A stretch of DNA of 64,000 bases, from contig CBDBDQ010000005.1 of NCBI GenBank assembly GCA_965203905.1, forward strand, positions 2,656,001-2,720,000. Direction: 5' to 3'. The position numbers and the translations under genes are program-made. The notes under the pieces were generated by a model. The model saw only the letters and a list, made by a program, of their open reading frames with translations, searched no databases and had not been told where the DNA came from. Position 1 is the first letter of the stretch, and every line of letters starts with the position of its first letter. This document shows, one piece after another, positions 51,599 through 62,329 of the stretch. Origin of the DNA: Spirochaetia bacterium. GTDB taxonomy: Bacteria > Spirochaetota > Spirochaetia > SZUA-6 > Bin103.

Positions 51599-51618
51599 GG
51601 GAACGGGGAGGAAGGAAC

Positions 51619-52470
51619 GTGCAGCGAAACTGGAACTGGGCATTGCCCCAGAGTTTCTTCGCCGAACACAGCGGCGGACCCGAGGCCGCGGCAGAGACCT
51701 GCCGCGCCGCCGGTATCGGTGGCCTGGAACCGTTCTGGTCGGCGCTGGAAGGCTGGAGCGAGCGCCGCTACGACGAGGTGGGCGCGATCTACCGCGCCGC
51801 GGGAATTGCCCTGGAGACATTTCATCTCCCATTCGGGGTCGAGTACGACCTCGCTTCGTTCTACGAGAGTGCGCGCCGGGCGGCGGTCGACAGCGTGAGC
51901 ACCTCGATGGAGCGCAGTGTGCGCCTGGGGTCCCGCATCGGCATCCTGCACCCGGGCGGCAACTACGCCCCGGTGGAGGTCGAAGGCGTCGACCCTTACC
52001 TCCGCGCCTTCGGAAGAAGCATCACTACCCTGCTGGAGCGGGCCGCGGCCCTCGAGTACACCCTGGCGGTGGAAAACCTGCCGCCGCGTGACGGGGTGGC
52101 GCGGTTCGGCTCGCGCCCGAAGCACCTTGCGCGCATAGCCGCGGAGTTCGAGCATCCGAACCTGGGGTTCTGCTTCGACACCGGCCACGCGCTGATGACC
52201 GGGCGCGACGCGATCCACGGCTACTTCACGGCCATGGGCTCGCGGCTGGTCGCCTTCCACCTGTCCGACTCGCCGGGAGACCGCGACCTGCACCTGGCTC
52301 CGGGGCACGGCAACGTGGACTGGCCGCGCGTGTTCCGCCACATGGGCGACCTCGGCTTCAGCGGCTACGCCTGCATCGAAACGCCGCCCTTCGCCGCCGG
52401 TCCCGATTACCACCCCGACGCCTGGCGCACGATGGTCGAAGAGACCGACGCCCTCGTCGCCGCCGCTTAG
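51619..52470 (+). CDS. Sugar phosphate isomerase/epimerase (TIM barrel)
   Basis: AVEN, FDTGH, HLSD, HLAPG.G. Confidence 0.88.
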   Translation: MQRNWNWALPQSFFAEHSGGPEAAAETCRAAGIGGLEPFWSALEGWSERRYDEVGAIYRAAGIALETFHLPFGVEYDLASFYESARRAAVDSVSTSMERSVRLGSRIGILHPGGNYAPVEVEGVDPYLRAFGRSITTLLERAAALEYTLAVENLPPRDGVARFGSRPKHLARIAAEFEHPNLGFCFDTGHALMTGRDAIHGYFTAMGSRLVAFHLSDSPGDRDLHLAPGHGNVDWPRVFRHMGDLGFSGYACIETPPFAAGPDYHPDAWRTMVEETDALVAAA

Positions 52471-52904
52471 CTGACTGCTTTCTTTACCAGGGCTGCGATT
52501 GTGGCCTCTTCGGTGGGGGTCAGCTCCTTCAGTGCGAAGGAGGTCGGCCACATGGCGCCGTGGTCGAGGTTGGCCGTGTCGTTGAAGCCGAAGGTGGCGT
52601 ACCTCGCTTCGAACTTCGCTGCGCCCTGGAAGAAGCAGATCACCTTGCCGTCCTTGGCATAGGCGGGCATGCCGTACCAGGTCTTCGGCATCAGGTCCGG
52701 TGCGGCGGCTTGGACGATCTCATGGATTCGCTCGGCCATGGCGCGATCCGGCTCCGGCATCTCGGCGAACTTGGCCCGCACGTCCCGCTCGCCCTCTTCT
52801 CTGGTCTTCTTGGCGCGCGCTTCCGCCCGCAACTCGCGCGCACGCTCCCTCATCGCGGCTCGTTCCTCGGCCGTGAATGTGCTCGTGCTCTTCTTTGCGC
52901 TCAT
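52467..52904 (-). CDS. DUF1801 domain protein
   Basis: KTWYGMPAY...RYATFGF...MWPTSFAL. Confidence 0.88.
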   Translation of the reverse strand: MSAKKSTSTFTAEERAAMRERARELRAEARAKKTREEGERDVRAKFAEMPEPDRAMAERIHEIVQAAAPDLMPKTWYGMPAYAKDGKVICFFQGAAKFEARYATFGFNDTANLDHGAMWPTSFALKELTPTEEATIAALVKKAVS

Positions 52905-52964
52905 GGAATCCTCCTCACCGCCGTTTGCCCCCGATACTACCTCTGCGTGAGCGGTCGGGGCACC

Positions 52965-53894
52965 TCAGAACTGCTCGCGGGTGGCCCAGGCCTTGATCAG
53001 GTGGTGGGCGATGGCGATGGGTCCGGGCACGGTCAGCACCGCGCTGTTGCCGTTTAGGGCCAGCAGCACCTCGCGGCGCTCGAACCAGTGTACGGCGGAC
53101 ATCTCCTCGTCGTCGATGCTGATGGTGGTGCTGGCGGCCTCGGCCAGGCAGCCGATCATCAGCGAGCAGGGGAACGGCCACGGCTGCGAGGAGTGGTAGC
53201 GCACGTTCCTGACGCGGATGCCCGCCTCTTCCATCACCTCGCGCGCCACCGCCTCCTCGATCGCCTCCCCCTGGTCCACGAACCCGGCCAGGGCGGAGTA
53301 CATCCGCAGGCGGGACAGGCGCCCGCGCGACTGCCCGAGCAGGCAGCGGTCGGTGGCGGGGTCGGCGACCACGGTGATCACCACCGGGTCGGTGCGCGGG
53401 AAGTGCTGGGCGTGGCAGGCGGGACACACTCGTACCTGGCCGCCGCGCCGAATGACCGTGGGCCGGCCGCAGGCCGCGCAGAAGCCGTGGCGGCTGTGCC
53501 AGTCCAGGTGCGAGCGCGCCTGCGCCAGGATACCGGTCTCCCGACCCGCCAGCACCCCTCCCGCGGTGCGGCAGTCCTCGAAGCGCCAGCCGCGTTCCGT
53601 CTCGATCCGGGCGACCGCCTCCGGGAACGGCGACAGGTCCACCGCGAAGTGCGCCAGCTCCTGCAACAGGCCCAGGAACATCGGCTCCGCGTCCGGCGCC
53701 AGCGAGCGGACCCGCTCCGTCCCCAGCCAGCCGAGCGCCGGCTGCGAACCCTCGTGCAGCAGCACCTCCAGGTCGTGGAACGGCAGGAAGCGGCTGCCGG
53801 CGGCGCGCCCCACGGCTTCGATCCAGGCCTCGTCGCGGCGCTCCCGCTCGCCGCGGTCGAGCGGGTTGCCGGCGAATGGATGCGGTTCTCTCAT
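52965..53894 (-). CDS. nudC: NAD(+) diphosphatase
   Basis: Zinc ribbon FCAACG...CPAC, FPRTDP, Nudix box, SSQPWPFP.SLM. Confidence 0.92.
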   Translation of the reverse strand: MREPHPFAGNPLDRGERERRDEAWIEAVGRAAGSRFLPFHDLEVLLHEGSQPALGWLGTERVRSLAPDAEPMFLGLLQELAHFAVDLSPFPEAVARIETERGWRFEDCRTAGGVLAGRETGILAQARSHLDWHSRHGFCAACGRPTVIRRGGQVRVCPACHAQHFPRTDPVVITVVADPATDRCLLGQSRGRLSRLRMYSALAGFVDQGEAIEEAVAREVMEEAGIRVRNVRYHSSQPWPFPCSLMIGCLAEAASTTISIDDEEMSAVHWFERREVLLALNGNSAVLTVPGPIAIAHHLIKAWATREQF

Positions 53895-54002
53895 CTCCTC
53901 GGCTGCGGCGACTGTACCAGGGTTGTGCGCGGGAGGCGAGACGACGAGGGCGCGGCATGGCGCGGCGGTAGACGCGATGCCCCTGGTGGAGCAGGGTAGG
54001 CC

Positions 54003-55127
54003 ATGGCCGTGGAAGCCACCTTCGACGTCCTGATCGTGGGCGCCGGCGCGTGCGGCGCGACCACCGCTTACTTCCTGAGTGGCGAAGGGCTGAAGACCGG
54101 GCTGCTGGACCAGGGACGCGCCGGGCGCGAGGCGTCCTGGGCTTCGGCGGGCATGATCGGGCCCCGTTCCTCGCCGCCACGCGATCCCTGGTTCCTGCAG
54201 GCGACCACGACCTCGCGGCAGCTCTACGACCGGTTTGCGGAGGAGTTGCCCGAGCAGACCGGGTCCCGTTTCGGCTACGGCGGCGAGGGCGCGCTGCTGC
54301 TGGCGCGCACCGGCGTGGAACTCGACCTGCTCGACGCAGCGGCCGGGCCGCCGCATCCGGCGGTGCCGCAGCGGCGGCTCGACGCGCGCGAGGCCCGCGA
54401 GCGCGAACCGGCACTGCCCGCTGACGTCGTGGGCGCGGTGTGGTGCCCCGAGGACCGCTTCCTCGACGCGCGCCAGTACACGGCCACCGTGCTGCGGGCG
54501 GCCGTGCTCCGCGGAGTGGATCTCCTGGAGGGCGTGCCCGTCACCGGGCTGGAGTGGGATGGCGACCGCGTGATCGGCGTGCGTTCGGCCGACCGCTGCT
54601 GGCACGCCGGGACCGTCATCAATACGGCGGGCGCATGGGCCGGCGGCATCGATCCCCGCCTCACCCATCCCGTGTACCCGGACCACGGCCAGATCATGGC
54701 GGTGCAGGGCCCGCTACGCGGCTTGCGCCACAACCTGTCGCGCGTCGGCGCCGAGGGTTACGCCACCCCGCGTCCGGACGGCCGGGTGATCTTCGGCGCC
54801 ACCCACGAGCTGTGGGGATACCAGAAGAAAATCACGGCCGACGGGTTCGCCTTCCTGGCCGCGACCGTGGACGAGCTGCTGCCGGCCCTGCACGACGCCC
54901 CGGTGCTGGAGCTATGGTCGGGGCTGCGTCCGGGAACGCCGGACGGACTGCCCACCGTGGGGCCCGATCCGCGGGTGCGCGGCGGCTACCTTTGGGGCGC
55001 CGGCCACGCCTCCTCCGGCATGCAGCAGATGCCGGCCACCGCGCAGGTGCTCACCGACCTGACGCTGCAGCGCGCGCCACGGCTGCCGATCCATCAGCTC
55101 GCCATCCGGCGCTACCTGGCAACCTGA
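54003..55127 (+). CDS. FAD-dependent oxidoreductase (glycine oxidase ThiO/DadA-like)
   Basis: GAGACG, ASWASAGM, WSGLRP, GH..SG. Confidence 0.88.
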   Translation: MAVEATFDVLIVGAGACGATTAYFLSGEGLKTGLLDQGRAGREASWASAGMIGPRSSPPRDPWFLQATTTSRQLYDRFAEELPEQTGSRFGYGGEGALLLARTGVELDLLDAAAGPPHPAVPQRRLDAREAREREPALPADVVGAVWCPEDRFLDARQYTATVLRAAVLRGVDLLEGVPVTGLEWDGDRVIGVRSADRCWHAGTVINTAGAWAGGIDPRLTHPVYPDHGQIMAVQGPLRGLRHNLSRVGAEGYATPRPDGRVIFGATHELWGYQKKITADGFAFLAATVDELLPALHDAPVLELWSGLRPGTPDGLPTVGPDPRVRGGYLWGAGHASSGMQQMPATAQVLTDLTLQRAPRLPIHQLAIRRYLAT

Positions 55128-55199
55128 CCCCACCCGCCGGCAGCGTGCACCACTCGGCAGGACTCGGTCGACGGTGGTATAGAATAGACGTATTCTATA

Positions 55200-55287
55200 T
55201 CGATTATCCCGAAGAAAAACAAATGCCGAAGTTTGTGGGTAATCCGTTGCGGTGCAAACAGATAGCTCTGCAAACTTCGGCATAATG
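55200..55287 (+). repeat. RIT terminal inverted repeat (left)
   Basis: 87/88 identical to the reverse complement of 58583-58670. Confidence 0.95.
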
Positions 55288-55295
55288 TTTGGGTG

Positions 55296-56324
55296 CTATA
55301 GACCGCACAGCTTTCTCAGGTTGTCGTCATCTTTCCATGCCGGTGTCTCGTCGGCCAATCCAGAATCTGCCTGTTCCAGGGCTTGGCGCAGCATCTGTAC
55401 GTCGGCGGAAGCATAGATCTCCGTGGTTGTGACGCTTGCGTGTCCCAGGAATTCCGCAATATAGGGAAGCGGCATCCCGGACTGATAGAGGTGCATGGCA
55501 CGGGTATGTCGCAACAGATGAGGATGCACCCGGTGCGGCACATCAGAACATGTCTTGCGTGCGCTCTCGCCGTAGTTCTTGAGCAGTACGCTGATGGCAT
55601 CGGTGGACAGCCTGTGCGGTCGCCCTGCACGCGTGGAATAGAACAGCGCATTATCGTCGCTGGAGTCCGCTCCAACATGGAACTGACGTAGATACTGCTG
55701 CAGATGGGCAACGGTTTTGACCATGAGCGGAATACTTCTAGGTTTGCGTCCTTTTCCGGTGACCACTACGAATGGAGTCTGGGTCTTCAGATGGACATCG
55801 CTGACCTTCAGGTCGACCAGTTCCTGTACTCTGGTGCCAGTGTCGTACAACAGAATAATGATCATCCTGTTGCGTCGGCCCTTGATGGTAGCAGTATCCG
55901 GTTGCACGAGCAGCGCCATCAGCGCATCCTTGGACAGGTATCCGACCGGTGTCCTGGACGCCTTGCGCGATGGAATGTTGTTCACCTCCTGGTACACCGA
56001 TTGCAGGCTGATGTCTTCATCGGCACAGTACCGGAGCAGTGACTTGAGCGCAGACAGCCTGAGATTGCAGGTTGTGACCGCGCACTTTCTCGTTCCTAGC
56101 CATTGGATGTACTTGGTTACCAAGTCGCGGGTAAGATGGTCGAACGACACGTTCGAGAACTTGACTTGGCGGTGTTCTTCCAGAAACACACAGAAACTGC
56201 GTATGGACTGTCTGTAGGAGTCGACGGTGTGTGCACTGAGACCGCGTATCTTGGGCAGGTGAACAGTGAGGTAATCGCGCACGTACTTCCAGAACTGTTG
56301 GCCACGTGCTCTAGTCTGCGCCAT
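55296..56324 (-). CDS. Tyrosine recombinase (RitC-like)
   Basis: TGTRVQE, HLLRH, LGH, TEIY. Confidence 0.93.
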   Translation of the reverse strand: MAQTRARGQQFWKYVRDYLTVHLPKIRGLSAHTVDSYRQSIRSFCVFLEEHRQVKFSNVSFDHLTRDLVTKYIQWLGTRKCAVTTCNLRLSALKSLLRYCADEDISLQSVYQEVNNIPSRKASRTPVGYLSKDALMALLVQPDTATIKGRRNRMIIILLYDTGTRVQELVDLKVSDVHLKTQTPFVVVTGKGRKPRSIPLMVKTVAHLQQYLRQFHVGADSSDDNALFYSTRAGRPHRLSTDAISVLLKNYGESARKTCSDVPHRVHPHLLRHTRAMHLYQSGMPLPYIAEFLGHASVTTTEIYASADVQMLRQALEQADSGLADETPAWKDDDNLRKLCGL

Positions 56325-57279
56325 GGTCCACCTCCGGAAGCAGATCTTCGGTGGCGCTCACCTTGGCCGAGAAGGTAGCGAAGAACTCCGGAACCAAGTG
56401 CAGGTAATAATCGGTGCTCGTGATGCTGGCGTGCCCCATGTACCTGCTCAGATAGGGGAGCATGGCGTTTGCATCGACGCCCGCAGCGATCCACCGGTTC
56501 AGATTGCTGAGCGCGAAGTGATGCCTGAAATCGTACGCCCGCGGACGCTTGCCGGATCCCTTGCCAAGACCGGCCGCGTTCCAGATTCTGGCAAACGCCG
56601 CGCCCACTCCACCGCGCTCGTAGCAACGCGCTCTCGTGGTGGGAAAGAAGTAGACTCTGTCGGGATAGATGGCAGATACCCGGGTGTCATAGGTGCGTAG
56701 CAGATCGCGCAGATCGTGCGCCACGGGGATTCTGCGACTGCGACAGCCTTTCGACTGCATGATGTCAATGTCGCCGCTGTGCAGATCAACATCACCGGCT
56801 CGTAGTGTTCTGGCCTCACAGGTTCTGAGGCCACAGCAATAGAGGACTCGGAAGAACACCGGCAGGACGATGTGCCGAGCCCGCATCGCGGCATGCGGAC
56901 GGAGCTGGTCGCAGGCCGTGAAGAATGCAGCAATCTCTTGAGCGGTAAAGAAATGCGGTACATGCCGATGGATCTTCCCGGAGCCGGCGCCCGGCACTAC
57001 GAAGGCATCGCTGTGGCCGAGCGACTGCAAGTGCCTGCCGAGCTCACGGATGGGTGATATGCGGGTACGATGGGTGCCTGGGTCTTCGCCGTCCCTGATC
57101 TGCGCCCAGCCCCGGACCAACTCACCGGTCAGAGCTCTGCATGCAGAATGCAAGGTGGCGTACCGGTCGAAATCGTGGAGGTAAAACGCAGCGGTTTCAT
57201 AACCATATCCGGCTGCCTGTTTGGTTGCCACCATGTGCGCGATGAATGGCGCAAACGCGCTTGTGTAATCAGAGTTCAT
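56311..57279 (-). CDS. Tyrosine recombinase (RitB-like)
   Basis: CGLRTCE, YDFRH, MGH, TDYYL; ATGA overlap with upstream gene. Confidence 0.93.
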   Translation of the reverse strand: MNSDYTSAFAPFIAHMVATKQAAGYGYETAAFYLHDFDRYATLHSACRALTGELVRGWAQIRDGEDPGTHRTRISPIRELGRHLQSLGHSDAFVVPGAGSGKIHRHVPHFFTAQEIAAFFTACDQLRPHAAMRARHIVLPVFFRVLYCCGLRTCEARTLRAGDVDLHSGDIDIMQSKGCRSRRIPVAHDLRDLLRTYDTRVSAIYPDRVYFFPTTRARCYERGGVGAAFARIWNAAGLGKGSGKRPRAYDFRHHFALSNLNRWIAAGVDANAMLPYLSRYMGHASITSTDYYLHLVPEFFATFSAKVSATEDLLPEVDHGAD

Positions 57280-58508
57280 GACAAACCTGGGCACTGCACG
57301 GGAATCGTAGCGAGGTCTAACGCGCACTCTCTCATGCGGTCTCGATCAGTGGTCAGGTAGATCTCGGTGGAAGCTTTGTCAGCGTGTCCAAGGAGTGACG
57401 AAATGGTAGTGATAGGGACGCCTTTGGAGAGCATCCTGGAGGCCGCCGAGTGGCGCAGGAGATGGACTCCCTTGCGTTCGCTACCGACTCGTATTCCGGC
57501 CCGATGGAAGGCGCGCCGAAGCACCGCGTAGCAGGCCGAGTGGCCCGACAGAGGTGTGAACGGGGCTATTGCTCGAACGAATACCCTGGGAGTGTCCGTG
57601 TCAGGACGTTCATCCAGCAGGTAGGCGGCTAGCGCGTTGCCAACATCCGTGGTCAGCGGCAGCTTAAAGGGAACTCCGGTCTTCGACTGGGGGATAGTGA
57701 TGGTGTCGTTAACCCAGTCGATATCGGTGAGCGTGATGTTCACGATGTCTATGGAGCGCAAGCCGGTACGCAGCGCCAACAGGATGATGGCCTTGTCGCG
57801 AAATGACAGTTGGTTACGCTGCAGCAGCACCTTCAGAGCATCATGTTCCTGATCCGAAAGGATCGGTATGATTGGTTTGTTGCGGAGACAGCGTGAAGGA
57901 ACTGCCAAGAGCAGCTCCTGGGCTTCACAGAAGCGCAGGAACGAGCGCATATTGGAGGCCACAACGTGAATACTGGTAGGACGGTATGTGGACAGCATAT
58001 GCTGAAAGAATGTCGCCACCATGGCGGTGCTGGCCAACGCCAGAGAACTGCAACCATGGTTCTCCAGGAACAGCAGAAACCTTCGAGTCGTATACGCGCA
58101 TGACTGTATCGTGTTTTCACTTCTGTTGCAGGATCGAAGATTGTCAATGAAGCTCTCGTACAGTCCCAGGAACTCTTCCGATGCCGGCATCGGATGGACA
58201 TGGAACGTATACGGCTTCCAGCTTAGTGATTGCGTCTCGGCATACTCACGCAACAGCAATGAAGCCCGTCTGAGATGGTCTCGCCGGCAACGACCGATTG
58301 CGTCCGTTCCGTACTTGTCCTCGATATCACTCAGAAAACTCTCGATCAGTCTGTCGGAGAAGAAGCCGGATTCTCTCTGTGCTGCGAACTTCCGGAGTCT
58401 GCCATACGCTCTTCGATAATGGGCGAAGGTTGCAGCACCGAGACCGAACTTTGCGATCTCCTGCAGGACGCTCTTGATCAGATCGTCCAACAATAGGCGG
58501 TCGTGCAT
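57276..58508 (-). CDS. Tyrosine recombinase (RitA-like)
   Basis: TGLRSID, HLLRH, LGH, TEIYL. Confidence 0.93.
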   Translation of the reverse strand: MHDRLLLDDLIKSVLQEIAKFGLGAATFAHYRRAYGRLRKFAAQRESGFFSDRLIESFLSDIEDKYGTDAIGRCRRDHLRRASLLLREYAETQSLSWKPYTFHVHPMPASEEFLGLYESFIDNLRSCNRSENTIQSCAYTTRRFLLFLENHGCSSLALASTAMVATFFQHMLSTYRPTSIHVVASNMRSFLRFCEAQELLLAVPSRCLRNKPIIPILSDQEHDALKVLLQRNQLSFRDKAIILLALRTGLRSIDIVNITLTDIDWVNDTITIPQSKTGVPFKLPLTTDVGNALAAYLLDERPDTDTPRVFVRAIAPFTPLSGHSACYAVLRRAFHRAGIRVGSERKGVHLLRHSAASRMLSKGVPITTISSLLGHADKASTEIYLTTDRDRMRECALDLATIPVQCPGLS

Positions 58509-58582
58509 AATGCACCTCCCTGATGGTGTCCAGATAATGATCTGGCACTGTCATCATAGAAGGGCCTTGCCGATCAGCAAAT

Positions 58583-58670
58583 CATTATGCCGAAGTTTAC
58601 AGAGCTATCTGTTTGCACCGCAACGGATTACCCACAAACTTCGGCATTTGTTTTTCTTCGGGATAATCGA
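58583..58670 (-). repeat. RIT terminal inverted repeat (right)
   Basis: Partner of 55200-55287. Confidence 0.95.
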
Positions 58671-58699
58671 CAAAATCCCGAATTCGGGATTTTGTCGAT
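58666..58699. repeat. 34-bp perfect palindrome at the RIT junction
   Basis: ATCGACAAAATCCCGAATTCGGGATTTTGTCGAT. Confidence 0.95.
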
Positions 58700-58825
58700 A
58701 ACGGGATAGAATGTGGATATTCCCTGCGTAAGCCGCCACGGAGAAGTGGAAGTCCGGCGGTTCATCGCCGATCGTACGCCCCACAAACCCTCACGCGCCT
58801 GTTTCGCCCCCACACGCGCTATCCC

Positions 58826-59743
58826 GTGGGTCGGGTGCGCCGCTTCATCCTCGGCCCGTTCTCTTTCTCGGAGTTCCTGCGGGCGCTGAGCCTGCCAAAT
58901 CTCGCGGAACAGGTGCTGTGCGCCGACCGTGCGATCAGCAGGCAGCGCCACGCGCGGCTGCTGGAACTGTTCGATGCCTTCCTCGCCGTTGGCGGCCTGC
59001 CGGCGGTGGTGCACGCATATGCCTCCGGAATGGACCACCAGCTGATGCTCAGGCAGATCGTGGCGGATTACGAGCAGGACTTCATCCGTATCTTCGGTGA
59101 GGAGCACAGCGACATCGCGCGTGCCTGCCTGCGCGCCGTTGCCAACTTCGCCGGCAGCGTGTCGAAGAACACCACGGTGGTGCCGTCGCCGAGCAACAGC
59201 GTCAACGCGCGCCTAAACCAGATCTTCGCACGACTGGAGAGCTGGCATCTGATCCTGCGTTCCGATCAGAAGGGACCGAACCCCCAGGCCAGCCACGGCT
59301 ATTTGCCCAAGCGATACCTGTTCGACACCGGCGTCCTGCGCGAACTGCGCGCGTCCGCCGTCCCGGCCATCAGCGCGGTGTACACCCTCTCCGCCGCGGC
59401 GCGGACGCCCCTCGGCGCGGTGATCGAGAACCAAACGGCTATCGAGCTGGCGCGTTCGGGCGCCGAGCTGTCCGGCTGGAAGAAAGGCTCATCCGGAACG
59501 GAGATAGACTTCATCGTGAAACGCGGCGCAGTCACGACTCCGGTCGAGTGCAAGGCGGCTCTCGCCGTGAACCGCAAGCACATGCGGGGACTGGTCGGCT
59601 ACCTGCGATTGCACGGACTGAGGAGCGGCCATCTGGTGAGCCTGGCACCGTACCGGACCGACACCCTGGACGACGGCGAAATCGTGAACCTGCCGGCCTA
59701 TCTCTTGGAGCGCCTGGCGGCTACGCGCCCTCGGGCGTGCTGA
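58826..59743 (+). pseudogene. AAA_14/DUF4143 ATPase-nuclease, 5'-truncated
   Basis: Begins at PVGRV...PFSFSEFL, has GGLPA, KRYLFDTG, EIDF...VECK; no Walker A upstream. Confidence 0.75.
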
Positions 59744-60575
59744 ACAGAGAACGGAAGAAAGAAACCTCCCGCTGCATGGCCGCCAGGTGGCCGCCGGGCG
59801 GGTCCTGGTATTCGCAGTGAATGGACAGCGGGCCGGCGAACGCCAGCCGCCGCAGGGTGGCGCGCACGGAGCTCCAGTCCACCATGCCGGCGCCCGCCTC
59901 CACCCACCTGATGGCGGGAGCGCCGTGGGACAGGGACGCCCCCTGCGCGCCGTCGGCCGCGCGCTGCTCGCGTACCAGCAGGGCGTCCTTGAGACCGATG
60001 ATGGCGAGGTGCTCTGCCACGATCGCCGAGCCGGTGGCGAACTCCTCGCCCTCGATCAGCAGATGGCAGGGGTCCAGATAGGCGCCGATCAGGGTCGGAT
60101 CGAAGCCGCGCAGCAGGTGGGCGAGCATGCCGGCGTTGAGGCCCAGGTTGCCGCGGGAGTGGGTGTGGTAGCAGACCTTGACCCGGTAGCGGGACGCCAG
60201 CTCGCTCCAGCCGGCCAGCGCGGCGCGGGTGCGCTCCACCGCTGCCCAGTAGTCCTCGCGCAGTGGGTCGAAGGCGAAGTAGCCGAGCTTGAGCAGGCGT
60301 ACGTCGGCGGCGTCCATGGCGACCATGACCGGGTGCGCGGCCGGATGGTCGGGCCACAGCAGGTCGAAGGGCCCGGTGACCATCGGCACCGCCAGGCCTG
60401 CGGCCTGCAGGTCGCGGACGGCGGCCACCAGGGTGGTGGCGGCGGTCTCGGGCTGCACCGGGTGGCCGGCGCGCACGCACAGGTCGTAGCCGTCCACGCC
60501 CAGGGCATGGCCGCGCTCGATGAGCTGCGGCACGTCGTGGTCGCTCAGGCTCTTGGTGAACAGGACCAGTGGCAT
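59721..60575 (-). CDS. Sugar phosphate isomerase/epimerase
   Basis: LFTK, DLCVR.G, YHTH, DPCH, LKD, SIHCEY. Confidence 0.85.
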   Translation of the reverse strand: MPLVLFTKSLSDHDVPQLIERGHALGVDGYDLCVRAGHPVQPETAATTLVAAVRDLQAAGLAVPMVTGPFDLLWPDHPAAHPVMVAMDAADVRLLKLGYFAFDPLREDYWAAVERTRAALAGWSELASRYRVKVCYHTHSRGNLGLNAGMLAHLLRGFDPTLIGAYLDPCHLLIEGEEFATGSAIVAEHLAIIGLKDALLVREQRAADGAQGASLSHGAPAIRWVEAGAGMVDWSSVRATLRRLAFAGPLSIHCEYQDPPGGHLAAMQREVSFFRSLFSTPEGA

Positions 60576-60700
60576 CGCCTGACGGTAGCAGCGTTGTGCG
60601 CTATGGTGCCAGCCGGCGGCGCACCAGGCAGGGCATGCAGGCATGCGTGCGCGAATTCGTCAAGATGGGCGAAGTAGGTCAATCTCCGGTTCCAGACACG

Positions 60701-60728
60701 CGAAGCCCGCGCCGGAGCGCGGGCTTCG
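60701..60728. terminator. 12-bp stem hairpin
   Basis: CGAAGCCCGCGC-CGGA-GCGCGGGCTTCG downstream of the minus-strand operon; no clear U-tract. Confidence 0.5.
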
Positions 60729-60814
60729 GAAAGAGGGCAACAATAGGCTGCGTCTCGTAGAAAGAGGTACGTCGGCGCACCGGAACTGTCAACAGCCCGC
60801 AGATACAGGCCGGG

Positions 60815-61012
60815 TTACCCTTCGCGGCGGCGGCGCTGGATCACCACGAAGGTCCCGAGGACCACGGGGAAGGCGACGATCAGCGCTCCCAGGATCAGCA
60901 CGATCGGCGCCGGCCCCAGGCCGAGCACGGCGTCGATGCGCTCCCGGATCCACTGCAGCAGCGTGGGGTCCGCCGGCTCGGAGTGGTGCAGCAGGATCGG
61001 CAGCAGGCGCAC
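60815..61012 (-). CDS. Small membrane protein
   Basis: One hydrophobic segment with basic tail; follows the MFS gene. Confidence 0.5.
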   Translation of the reverse strand: MRLLPILLHHSEPADPTLLQWIRERIDAVLGLGPAPIVLILGALIVAFPVVLGTFVVIQRRRREG

Positions 61013-61021
61013 CAGCGCTCG

Positions 61022-62329
61022 CTACGCGGGCTGCGGCGCAGCCACGTAGCGGCTGGAGTAGCGGCGCTCGCGGATCGACAGGCTCACCACGCCGGCTCCC
61101 AGCAGCGTCGCGGCTCCGAACAGATAGGCCGCGTCGTAGCTGCCGTGGACATCGAACACCAGCCCGAACAGGTACACCGCCAGGGCGCCGCCGAGCTGGT
61201 GGGCGAAGTTGATCAGGCCGGCCAGCGTGCCGAGGTGGCGCACGCCGTAGACGTCGGCCGCCAGCGAGGTGGTCAGCGGCACCGTGGCCAGCCACGAGGC
61301 GCCGCCGACGATGGCGAACGCCCACAGCGCGGCTGGCCCCGGCAGGATCACCAGCAGGATGAACGCCACCCCGCGGACCAGGTACACCACGCCGAGCAGT
61401 GTCTTGCGCGGCAGCCGGTCGGAGAGCGGCCCCACCAGCAGCACGGCGACCGCGTTGAGGCCGCTGAGCAGGCCGAAGGCGAGGGCCGCGGTGGCGGGGG
61501 TGATTCCCTCCGCGGCGGCCCAGCGCACGTAGTGCACGGAGATGGAGGCGGTGGTGACGCCGCACACCCAGTAGGCGGCGGAGAGCTGCCACATCGGTGC
61601 CGAGCGGAAGGCGTCCGGCCAGCGCCGCGCCAGCAGTGGTCCGGTCGCGGTGGCGGTCCGGGCGGCGGCGGCGCTCGCGCCGTCATCTCCGTCGGGGTGC
61701 AGGCCCAGGTCGGCGGGGTCGTCGCGCAGCACCAGGTACAGCAGCGGCACCCCGAGCAGCAGCACCACGGCGCTGGTGATCAGCCAGGCGCTGCGCCAGT
61801 CGGTCCACAGGAACAGGTAGGTCAGGAACGGCACCATCACCAGTCCGCCGATGGAGCCGCCGGAGGTGAGCAGGCTCATGGCGGCACCGCGCTTGCGCCG
61901 GAACCAGCGCACCACGACAGCGCCCGGCGGCCCGCCGGCCAGGCCCGCGGCGGCCAGCGACATCAGCACCCCGTACACCACGATCAGCGCAAACACGCTG
62001 TTGACCGTGGCCATCAGTACCCCCGAGATACCGAGCAGCAGGGCGGCGGCGGTCACCACCTTGCGGCCGCCCACGCGGTCGATGAGCCAGCCCATCAGCA
62101 CTTGGCTGGAGCCGTTGATGAACCAGCCGATCGAGGCGGCCACGGAGATGGTGGCGACGCCAACGCCGAACTCGCGCTGCCACGGCTCGACGAAGATGCC
62201 GAACCCCTGGCGCAGGCCGATGCTGAGGAACATGGCGAAGAACAGCGAGCCCGCCACGTACCAGCCGTAGAACGGCCCGGATGCCGGAGCCGGCGTTGGC
62301 GCCCCGCCCTGACCCGGGCCGCCGGTCAC
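61022..62329 (-). CDS. MFS transporter
   Basis: FYGWYV, GWLIDRVGGRKV, WFRRKRG; GTGA overlap with PhyH. Confidence 0.9.
   Translation of the reverse strand: MTGGPGQGGAPTPAPASGPFYGWYVAGSLFFAMFLSIGLRQGFGIFVEPWQREFGVGVATISVAASIGWFINGSSQVLMGWLIDRVGGRKVVTAAALLLGISGVLMATVNSVFALIVVYGVLMSLAAAGLAGGPPGAVVVRWFRRKRGAAMSLLTSGGSIGGLVMVPFLTYLFLWTDWRSAWLITSAVVLLLGVPLLYLVLRDDPADLGLHPDGDDGASAAAARTATATGPLLARRWPDAFRSAPMWQLSAAYWVCGVTTASISVHYVRWAAAEGITPATAALAFGLLSGLNAVAVLLVGPLSDRLPRKTLLGVVYLVRGVAFILLVILPGPAALWAFAIVGGASWLATVPLTTSLAADVYGVRHLGTLAGLINFAHQLGGALAVYLFGLVFDVHGSYDAAYLFGAATLLGAGVVSLSIRERRYSSRYVAAPQPA

Larger units (their letters stand above)
55200..58670 (-). mobile_element. RIT element (recombinases in trio)
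   Basis: Three overlapping tyrosine recombinase genes, lower GC, bounded by 88-bp inverted repeats. Confidence 0.93.
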
